This document shows positions 1 through 7,282 of a stretch of 64,000 bases of DNA, one piece after another (positions within the stretch are counted from its first letter, which is position 1; every line of letters begins with the position of its first letter). The position numbers were made by a program, and so were the translations under genes. The notes under the pieces were generated by a model. The model saw only the letters and a program-made list of their open reading frames with translations, did not search any database and was not told the DNA's origin. Source of the DNA: Coriobacteriia bacterium (GTDB taxonomy: Bacteria > Actinomycetota > Coriobacteriia > Coriobacteriales > Eggerthellaceae); assembly GCA_030537255.1 (NCBI GenBank), contig JAUNOE010000001.1, forward strand, positions 11,397-75,396, read 5' to 3'.

Positions 1-240
1 CACTCCAAGCTTGTCGGCCAGGTAGATGCAGTAAATGGCGACGTCGGCCAATTCCTCTTTGACCCTTCCCGACTTAGCCGAAACCTCCAAGTCGGTTCCC
101 GACCATTGGAAGACTCCTAGGAGCTCAGCAGCCTCCAGACTGATTGAAAGGGCAAGGTCTTTAGGGTTGTGGAATTGCGCCCAATCGCGCTCCTCCCTGA
201 ACGCCAGCGCCTTGGATGCCGCTTCCTCGAACTGCATCAT
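1..240 (-). CDS. MazG-like nucleotide pyrophosphohydrolase (3' end runs off the window; not in the ORF track)
   Basis: Manual translation MMQFEEAASKALAFREERDWAQFHNPKDLALSISLEAAELLGVFQWSG...VKEELADVAIYCIYLADKLGV; ERDW-x-QFH, EAAEL and EELADV motifs of all-alpha dNTP pyrophosphatases; AAGAAAGGGG RBS upstream. Confidence 0.85.
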   Translation of the reverse strand, partial: MMQFEEAASKALAFREERDWAQFHNPKDLALSISLEAAELLGVFQWSGTDLEVSAKSGRVKEELADVAIYCIYLADKLGV

Positions 241-594
241 CGCCCCTTTCTTGCCGCAAATGGGCTCATACGTCCAGCCCAAGCCGCCCAATTAGCGAAT
301 TCACTGACGTATCTGCCCATACATGCGAATTGGCAGATACGTGAGTGATTGTACCGTGCAAAAGCCAAAATGCCCCGAGTCGCGCGCTTTTCCGCCATGC
401 GGGAGGAGCGGATGGAACTCATGAAGCCCCATCCCTTCCTTGCGCATCTTCTTCACTCGGCAAGCAACCTCCACCCATGAGGCAAGACGCCAGGTCATTC
501 ACAAGTTTTCGACCACCTGAGCAATCAACTATTGCGTGACATGCTTCGCAAAACACCAGTACGCTGTTGATACAGGCAAAGGAAGGGAGCTGCC

Positions 595-1413
595 ATGAGC
601 GTCGGGCAAACCATTCAAAATGCACGAAAGAAGGCCGGACTAACCCAAGAACAACTTGCAGCCAAAGTGTTCGTGACGCGCCAAGCCGTCAGCCGATGGG
701 AGATGGGCGAAAGCGAGCCTGGCATCGACATGAGAAAACTGCTGGCAAGCATCCTGAACGTGCCTGTTGCAGAACTACTTGACCTGCCCGATGCTCCCAC
801 ATGCCAATGCTGTGGAACGCCCTTCGATGTGCCAAACATGCCTTTTGGCACGAATGCCGACGGCACCGAAAACCCTGACTACTGCGGCTGGTGCTACAAG
901 AACGGGCAGTTCACCGGCGCCAGTCTTGACGAAACCATCGAGCGGAACGTCCCCTACCTCATGGAGGCTACTGGGTACACCGCCGAAGAAGCGGTTTCGT
1001 TCATGGGCGCCGTACTACCTACGCTCAAGCACTGGAACACCGCAGAACGCCACGACAAGTCAGCCAATTTAATGCGCAGCACTTTTTACGTTTGCCCGAA
1101 TTGCTTGAACGTCATATGGTCCACTGACGCAGCAATGGTGACCTGCTGCGGCGCACCACTCGAAGCACTTGAACCAACAAACAACGCTGGCACCCTTGCC
1201 GCCACCGTGGAAGTAGCGGACGGATGCCAGCGCATACACGTAGCCCACCCCATGACTGGGCAGGACCATCTGTCGTTCATAGCCGCCGTTAGTAACAACT
1301 TAGTTCAAATCAAGCGGCTCTCCCCCAAGCAAGAAGCTTACGCAGAGTTTCCCCTGCAAGGGCCCTGCCGCCTATATGCATATGGGCCAGACTGCGGCTT
1401 GGTCGAGCTTTGA
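595..1413 (+). CDS. XRE-family HTH regulator fused to a zinc-ribbon domain and a desulfoferrodoxin-like C-terminal domain
   Basis: N-terminal LTQEQLAAKVFVTRQAVSRWE HTH; CQCCG...GTNADGTENPDYCGWCY zinc ribbon; FYVCPNC...CCG and HPMTGQDH desulfoferrodoxin-like motifs; GGGAG RBS. Confidence 0.85.
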   Translation: MSVGQTIQNARKKAGLTQEQLAAKVFVTRQAVSRWEMGESEPGIDMRKLLASILNVPVAELLDLPDAPTCQCCGTPFDVPNMPFGTNADGTENPDYCGWCYKNGQFTGASLDETIERNVPYLMEATGYTAEEAVSFMGAVLPTLKHWNTAERHDKSANLMRSTFYVCPNCLNVIWSTDAAMVTCCGAPLEALEPTNNAGTLAATVEVADGCQRIHVAHPMTGQDHLSFIAAVSNNLVQIKRLSPKQEAYAEFPLQGPCRLYAYGPDCGLVEL

Positions 1414-1422
1414 TGGATCTCG

Positions 1423-2139
1423 CTAGAGCTTCCTCAGCATGACGGCAATGGTGTTCAGGTAATCGAGGGCACCAGCCTGAACAGCCGCTCGGTCACCACG
1501 AGCGTAATCGTTGTCACAGGCAATCCAGTCAGCCCAAGCCTCGGCGGTGCAGGCCATTTCGTGCATATCGACGATTTCTACACCGCTCGACTGCTCGAAC
1601 AGAGCACTCCACCAATCCATGTCGTGCATAAATTCCAGCTGGTCAGGAGTCCACGACTCAAGCAGGCAGGCTGGCAGATCCTCATGACAATCGCGCACCA
1701 TGCCAGGAATGGCCAGGTAGATCTGACCGCCGCTTTTCACATACGGCAGCAGGCTGGATTGCAGATAGCCTGGCTCACGCCCGAAATAGTTGTACGAGTC
1801 TATGCTCACCACGGCATCAAAGAAGTCGTGAGCAAACGGGAGGTTTGCAGCGTCTGCCTTTATAGGGACAACTTCGCGATTCGTAAGGCCAAGGCACTCC
1901 AGGAACCTCATGTTGTCCGAAGGGTCGCTCCACAGGTCGGCGGCATACGTTATCAGCCCATATTCGCGGGCAAGCATGGCCGAGCTAATTCCGCAGCCAC
2001 TTCCCAGGTCAAGCACAACCGACCCCATGGGCACATTCGCCCCATCCATGAGCTCTTCGGTTAGCTTGAGCGTGTTGGGCCCCATGATTTTGGAGCGCAC
2101 GAGTTCCTTGTCGAAATGATTCGTTTTAGGAAATTCCAT
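1423..2139 (-). CDS. class I SAM-dependent methyltransferase
   Basis: VLDLGSGCG motif I and LPFAHDFFDAVVS motif; start set at MEFPK (ATG 2139) after AAGGA RBS. Confidence 0.9.
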   Translation of the reverse strand: MEFPKTNHFDKELVRSKIMGPNTLKLTEELMDGANVPMGSVVLDLGSGCGISSAMLAREYGLITYAADLWSDPSDNMRFLECLGLTNREVVPIKADAANLPFAHDFFDAVVSIDSYNYFGREPGYLQSSLLPYVKSGGQIYLAIPGMVRDCHEDLPACLLESWTPDQLEFMHDMDWWSALFEQSSGVEIVDMHEMACTAEAWADWIACDNDYARGDRAAVQAGALDYLNTIAVMLRKL

Positions 2140-2493
2140 TTCCTTGTCCTGTCTATTCGTAGCTTTCTTTGGATTGGCGCAACAAGCCAAGCGCCGACCT
2201 GGCACTTTCTTGCGCGCTCTTCGATTGGCTGGCAGCAAAGCCGCCAGAAGCTACAGGACAAGGTCCAAAAAGACATCCCCTTGAAGGTTGAAAGTCGTTT
2301 GCGGGAACCGTTTTCCCGCTTAAGGGCAAGAATATCACTTCAAGGAAGAGGATGCATTGTTGCTTCGGTTGGGCATGTTTGAGCAAGGGCCATGAATGCA
2401 AAAAGGCGGCCCCAAACAGAACCGCCCCTTCGTTTTGCATATGTCCTGACTACGTACCCTATTGAAAACGCAGCCGCAGCCTTTGCCTAGCGG

Positions 2494-3015
2494 CTAACCC
2501 ACAATCTTGACGTTGTTGGCGTACTCGTATGCATCGTCGGTGTAGACGCCCGCATTCTTCTTCTGGCGCTGCAGCTCTTCTTCGGTGAAGGTGCGCTTGA
2601 TAACGCCAGGGACGCCAGCGACCAGGGAGCGCTCGGGAATCACGGCATTCTCTTTGACCAGGGCGCCAGCGGCAATGATGGAACCACGACCAACGACGGC
2701 ACCGTTCATAACCGTTGCATGCATGCCCACAAGGACGTCATCTTCAATGGTGGCGCCGTGAACGATGGCGTTATGGCCGATGGAGACACGTTCGCCGATG
2801 GTGACGGGCAGGTCGAAATCGGCGTGCAGCATGGCGTTGTCCTGGACGTTGCTGTCACGGCCAATGGTGATGGACGAAACCTCGGCGCGCATGGAAGCGC
2901 CGAACCAGACGGAGGCTCCCTCAGCCAGGTGAATGTCGCCGGAAAGCGTGGCGCTGTCAGCGATAAAGGTTGCCTTCTCCACGTCGGGGCGCATGCCCTT
3001 GAATTCGATAATCAT
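2494..3015 (-). CDS. gamma-carbonic anhydrase family (CaiE/YrdA-like) hexapeptide-repeat protein
   Basis: SNVQDNAMLH, VSIGHNAIVHGATI His ligands and hexapeptide repeats; GGGAG RBS before ATG 3015. Confidence 0.9.
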   Translation of the reverse strand: MIIEFKGMRPDVEKATFIADSATLSGDIHLAEGASVWFGASMRAEVSSITIGRDSNVQDNAMLHADFDLPVTIGERVSIGHNAIVHGATIEDDVLVGMHATVMNGAVVGRGSIIAAGALVKENAVIPERSLVAGVPGVIKRTFTEEELQRQKKNAGVYTDDAYEYANNVKIVG

Positions 3016-3297
3016 GTTGTATCTCCCTCTATTCAGGAATGTCGCAATGCGGATTTGCTTTTGGATGGTAGCAGAAGCCACTCCACAGATTCTGCAAGCT
3101 GTCCATGCTCCGACGAGCGTTGCGCCAAGGGTTGCCGATGGAGGTGGGCAGGGCTTGCCGGTTAAATTGCGTGGGCCTAAGCCCACAAGACGGGTGAGGT
3201 TTCAGCACCACTGTTCCGAGCAAGATCATCCTTTAAAAATAATTTCTACCCATTTTCTACCCGAAGGTCATCAAAACCAGGTTCTTATAAACAAAAA

Positions 3298-3327
3298 CGC
3301 AGGTCAGAGAACAAATTCTGACCTGCG
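3298..3327 (-). terminator. intrinsic terminator downstream of the tRNA 3' fragment (left att copy)
   Basis: CGCAGGTCAGA / TCTGACCTGCG stem with an A-run on + (U-tract on -). Confidence 0.7.
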
Positions 3328-3380
3328 ATAACATTTGGTCGCGGGGGCTGGATTTGAACCAACGACCTTCGGGTTATGAG
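3315..3380. repeat. left att site: 66-bp direct repeat containing the 3' half of tRNA-Met
   Basis: ATTCTGACCTGCGATAACATTTGGTCGCGGGGGCTGGATTTGAACCAACGACCTTCGGGTTATGAG is identical to 11985-12050. Confidence 0.95.
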
Positions 3381-3487
3381 GTCGTAGATAACCTTCACTT
3401 GTATATAATTCTGATTTCTTATGTTTTCATATAATACCAGGTCACTTGCCTATTAGAGAATTTTCGCTGGTTGGGTTTAAAGGATTT

Positions 3488-3520
3488 TTTGCCCCCAATT
3501 TGCCCCTAATCGGGGGCAAA
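3488..3520. repeat. putative integrase arm-type sites (TTTGCCCC twice at 11-bp period plus one inverted copy)
   Basis: TTTGCCCC at 3488 and 3499, GGGGCAAA at 3513; same motif at the other end (11811, 11913, 11924). Confidence 0.7.
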
Positions 3521-3525
3521 TGAAC

Positions 3526-3555
3526 TTGACATATCGAGACCCGGCCATCTACGCT
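3526..3555 (+). promoter_or_regulatory. putative sigma70 promoter of the integrase
   Basis: TTGACA-N18-TACGCT upstream of ATG 3599. Confidence 0.45.
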
Positions 3556-3598
3556 CGTGCCGTCGCCGCCCCAGCGAGGGACGCGAGCACGAGCGTAG

Positions 3599-4891
3599 AT
3601 GGCCAAGAGGAACATGGTGAAGATAACGGGAAAAGGTAGCGCCTCGGAAGTCAAGCCAGGCGTCTACAAGTACTACTACAGCTTGGGAAAGGACCCCGAG
3701 ACAGGCAAGTATCGAAAGTCCCCCAAACGAACGCTCCACTGCGTCTCGAAGAACAAGAGAGGTAGGGAGGCAGAGCTACGCAAGGCGATGGAGGTCTACA
3801 GGGAAGAACTCGAAACCGGCATCACACCAGAAAAGTACACCAACGACACCGTCGGGGAGTATGCCGACCTCTTCCACGAGCTACGAAAGGGAGCCCTCGG
3901 CAGCGAGCTCTCCTGGAAGAGGGAGGCCCTGGACGTCGAGCACATCAAAGAGCTCTTCGGACCGGTGAAGCTCTCCGAGCTCAGACCCCATCACGTAAAG
4001 AGGGCCTACGCAGACGCGAGGGAGAAGGGACGCTACTCCGAAAACGAGCTCCACAAGATTCACGCGAAGCTCTCGCAAATCATGAAGGAGGCGGTCGACG
4101 AAGGATTCCTCCTGAAGAACCCCTGTTCGTCGATAAAGGTGCCGCGGCCTGCCCCCAGGGAGAGAAGCGCCCTGTCCATTCAGGAAGCCTCCAGGCTGCA
4201 ATCGACCCTGCTGGAACAAATCGAGGAACTCCTCTCCTCCGGCGATGTCATCCGCTCTGGGCAGGCGCTCCCCCACCTGATCGGGACGCTAACGCTCCTC
4301 GATACGGGAATGCGAAGAGGGGAGATGCTCGGACTCGACTGGGAGCACGTCGACCTCGAAAGCGGCGTCGTGTTCGTCGAGCTCCAGTTCGCCAACGACA
4401 AGAAGCTCCGGGCGCCGAAAAGCCCCAAGAGCAAGCGCTACCTGAAGGTCGGAGGCTCCCTCCTGTCCGTCCTGAACGAGTGGAAGGACCTCCAAGGGAG
4501 ATACTTCTCCGCAATCCTGAAGTCGCAAAGCGCCAACTCCCCCGTCGTCAACAACGACTGGGGAGGAAACATGGACCCCAACAACTACAGCAGGTGGTTC
4601 AGGGACTGGTGCGTGAAAAACGAATTCGGGGAGCGCACCGACGAACCAAAGGAGTTCCGGGACGCCAACGGACAGAAACGTTGGAGCAAGACCGGATACG
4701 TGGGCCTAACCCCGCACATGCTCAGGCACACCCAGGCGACCCTCCTCATCGGTGCGAACACCGACATCAAGACGGTGCAGAGCCGTCTTGGCCACTCCAG
4801 CGCGAACCTCACCATGGATATATATGCCCATGCCATCGCCGAAAAGGACGCACTGGCCGCCGAGACTATAGAGTCGCTGCTCACAAAATGA
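3599..4891 (+). CDS. int: tyrosine recombinase / site-specific integrase
   Basis: TGMRRGEMLGL (catalytic R), HMLRH (HxxR), LGHSSANLTMDIYAH (H, Y); adjacent to att. Confidence 0.95.
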   Translation: MAKRNMVKITGKGSASEVKPGVYKYYYSLGKDPETGKYRKSPKRTLHCVSKNKRGREAELRKAMEVYREELETGITPEKYTNDTVGEYADLFHELRKGALGSELSWKREALDVEHIKELFGPVKLSELRPHHVKRAYADAREKGRYSENELHKIHAKLSQIMKEAVDEGFLLKNPCSSIKVPRPAPRERSALSIQEASRLQSTLLEQIEELLSSGDVIRSGQALPHLIGTLTLLDTGMRRGEMLGLDWEHVDLESGVVFVELQFANDKKLRAPKSPKSKRYLKVGGSLLSVLNEWKDLQGRYFSAILKSQSANSPVVNNDWGGNMDPNNYSRWFRDWCVKNEFGERTDEPKEFRDANGQKRWSKTGYVGLTPHMLRHTQATLLIGANTDIKTVQSRLGHSSANLTMDIYAHAIAEKDALAAETIESLLTK

Positions 4892-4908
4892 CCAAAAACT
4901 TAAATCAA

Positions 4909-4938
4909 GGTTCCTGTCAGGAACCGTATGTTATACTT
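4909..4938 (+). promoter_or_regulatory. 17-bp palindrome (operator candidate) and extended -10 upstream of ORF 4964
   Basis: GGTTCCTG-T-CAGGAACC at 4909-4925; TGTTATACT extended -10; AGGAGGT RBS follows. Confidence 0.55.
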
Positions 4939-4963
4939 TTTTTGCCCCAAAAGGAGGTGACAC

Positions 4964-5686
4964 ATGGCGAAAAAAAGAGGGACGTGGCTCCCCCTCGCAG
5001 GGGGGAAGGCCACGCCCAAAAAATTCTTTTATGGCAATGAAAAAATCGCCCGCGTCTGCGACTCGGCTCTCGCCGACGAGGCGGAGCTGACGCAGCGGAG
5101 CATCAGCTCCGTGATCGAACAGTGTATCGTCGAGCGCTTCTTTCCTGGTGATGAAGCCGAGAAAGCATATCTGACCAGGCTTTATGATGATGGCGTCAAA
5201 GAGGCCGTCCTCAGCCTGCTCGACGACGAGAGCATCGGAACCGGCTTCCGGTCGCGGCACCAGGGGAACCTGGAGCTCGTTGACGGGCTGATCTCCGTCG
5301 CTCGGACGAAGGGCATCGTCGCTGTCAAGCCCACGCCCTACCTGGTTGGACAGCTGGACTCCGTCGTCACGGCGATCGCCCAGGCGAGCGAACGGGCGGA
5401 CGACCCGCTCGAGAAGCAGACCCTCGCCAGCGAGGCTGCCTTCGGTCGCGGACTCCTGGCCGAAGCCAACGACGGCAGACAGCAGAGGCTTGACGTCATC
5501 CTGCAAATGGCCAGGCGGAACTGGAATTCCGTCCGCGGTTTGTCGGTCACGTACCGCCTTCTCTTCGCAGCCGTCGAGGCGGCAGAAGACTGGGAGGACA
5601 GCGCATATGACAGGCGGACCATAGCCACGGCCATCGAGGCCGTAACCGCGAACTGGACCGCCGAAGAGGCCAACCGGAAGAACTAG
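4964..5686 (+). CDS. hypothetical protein, possible ribbon-helix-helix-like N-terminus
   Basis: 240-aa ORF with AGGAGGT RBS; ALADEAELTQRSISSVIEQCI resembles RHH helices. Confidence 0.75.
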   Translation: MAKKRGTWLPLAGGKATPKKFFYGNEKIARVCDSALADEAELTQRSISSVIEQCIVERFFPGDEAEKAYLTRLYDDGVKEAVLSLLDDESIGTGFRSRHQGNLELVDGLISVARTKGIVAVKPTPYLVGQLDSVVTAIAQASERADDPLEKQTLASEAAFGRGLLAEANDGRQQRLDVILQMARRNWNSVRGLSVTYRLLFAAVEAAEDWEDSAYDRRTIATAIEAVTANWTAEEANRKN

Positions 5687-5778
5687 CTTGAAAAAAATAA
5701 TAGCCGCCCGGCCCCACCCCCGAACAGATTGGACCCTGGGAAGGGGGAAGGACCGAGCTAGTCGCTAAGGACTTATTC

Positions 5779-6000
5779 ATGCATTGTAATACAAAGGACG
5801 GGGAACGCCTTGGCGTTCCCCTGGCAAACGACGCCCTGCTGTGCGTCGGAAACGTTGCGTTCCTCATGGGGTGCGCCCCAAATACGGCCCGTCGAATCAT
5901 GCGGGAGAGCGGTGTCTCGTTCAGGATTCATAGGCGACTCTATATTTACGAGTCTGACCTCCACAAATATCTTCACGGTCAGGCGGGAAACGTTGAGTAG
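5779..6000 (+). CDS. excisionase-like helix-turn-helix protein
   Basis: 73 aa with VAFLMGCAPNTARRIMRES...RIHRRLYIYESDLHKYL pattern; first gene of the mobilization operon. Confidence 0.7.
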   Translation: MHCNTKDGERLGVPLANDALLCVGNVAFLMGCAPNTARRIMRESGVSFRIHRRLYIYESDLHKYLHGQAGNVE

Positions 6001-6850
6001 CCCCATCATCTATCTCGACCAGGCCATCGACCGAATTACCGAGATCGCCGTCGAAGAGCGCCCGATTGGCCGCCTGCCCTACCGCAAGCTCGACGGAATC
6101 CTGGGCGGCGTGCGCAAGGGGACGCTCACCGTCATCGCAGCCCAGCCTGGAATCGGCAAGACGTCGCTCGTGAACTCCATCGCCCTCTCCCTTGCCGGGC
6201 AGAGCGTGCGCTCGCTCTTCTTCACGCTCGAGCTGACCACAGCGCAGATGGTCGCCAAGTCGATCGCGGCAATGAGCGACGGAACGATCAGCCCCTCCAG
6301 GCTCCACGAGTGCAGGGACGACGTCAAGTTGGCCACGGCGCTCGAAGCCGCCAAGGCCAGCCTCAGGGAGATCGGAAGCAACCTCGCCTACGTCGACACG
6401 GTCTCCTCGGCCGAGAAGGTCTGCTCCTTGACCACTGACGCGATGAGGAGGAGGCCCTGCCCGACGGCGGTCTTCGTCGACTACCTGCAGCTCCTCGCCA
6501 GCCAGTCGGACCCCGGAGACGAACGGACCAAGGTCGCCCACGCAATCAGGAAGCTAAAGACCCTCGCCAAGAAGCATGGCGTCGCCGTGTACGTGATCAG
6601 CTCGGTCAACAGGAGCAGCTACGGCTCCCCCGTCGACCTGGACTCTCTCTCCTCGACGGGACTGGTCGAGTTCCAGGCCGACGCCATCGTCGGCATCTCG
6701 ATTCCCGGCAAGAAAGCGGAGCAGAAGGCCAGCAGGCTCGCCACCACGAGGACCGTCCATCTGGACGTCGTCAAGAACAGGAACGGCGGGGAGGGTTCGA
6801 CGAACCTCCTGTTCGACGCCGAATTCGGCACCTTCAGCGAAATCATCTAG
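5993..6850 (+). CDS. DnaB-like (SF4) helicase, C-terminal RecA-fold domain only
   Basis: Walker A AAQPGIGKTS, Walker B VFVDYLQLL, ISSVNR, EFQADAIV and KNRNG motifs; probable TTG start at 5993 overlapping the upstream stop. Confidence 0.88.
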   Translation: MSSPIIYLDQAIDRITEIAVEERPIGRLPYRKLDGILGGVRKGTLTVIAAQPGIGKTSLVNSIALSLAGQSVRSLFFTLELTTAQMVAKSIAAMSDGTISPSRLHECRDDVKLATALEAAKASLREIGSNLAYVDTVSSAEKVCSLTTDAMRRRPCPTAVFVDYLQLLASQSDPGDERTKVAHAIRKLKTLAKKHGVAVYVISSVNRSSYGSPVDLDSLSSTGLVEFQADAIVGISIPGKKAEQKASRLATTRTVHLDVVKNRNGGEGSTNLLFDAEFGTFSEII

Positions 6851-6937
6851 CCAACGGGGCGACAAGTTCACCGGCAACGGGAACCTGCCGCCCCTCCTCT
6901 TTCCCGGCAACACCAATCGCAATCCAAGGAGAAACAC

Positions 6938-7282
6938 GTGAAAAGAAATCACTGGCTCACCGTCCGCTTGTCGGAGACGGAGAGCCGGAAGCTCAAAAAG
7001 AACGCGGCAACAGCCATGATGTCGCCCAGTCGCTACGTGAGGTACGTATGCGTCGGACGTGAGGACATGAAGCTCGAACCGCCCGACCCAACGCAGCTCG
7101 CGCAGCTGCTTCTCCTGCTCAAGAGGACGGGCAACAACCTGAACCAGCTCACTAGGTACGCCCATGCAGGCATGCTGGACGAGAGGACCACGGCCGCCCT
7201 GGAGGAGGCCATCGCCGAGACCGCCAGGGCGGCCGGGAAGGCGACCGAGCTCGTCGACTCTTGCGAGAGGGCGGTGTCGTGA
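6938..7282 (+). CDS. mobC: MobC relaxosome accessory protein
   Basis: RHH-type N-terminus (TVRLSETE...SRYVR) and KRTGNNLNQLTRYAH signature; AAGGAG RBS with GTG start. Confidence 0.85.
   Translation: MKRNHWLTVRLSETESRKLKKNAATAMMSPSRYVRYVCVGREDMKLEPPDPTQLAQLLLLLKRTGNNLNQLTRYAHAGMLDERTTAALEEAIAETARAAGKATELVDSCERAVS

Noticed and set aside
3336-3380. Second tRNA-Met gene
   Set aside because: Only the 3' half is present (no D-arm or 5' acceptor strand); it is the att duplication
5810-5992. N-terminal extension of the helicase ORF as given in the ORF track
   Set aside because: It overlaps the excisionase-like gene in another frame; TTG 5993 coupled to that stop is more plausible
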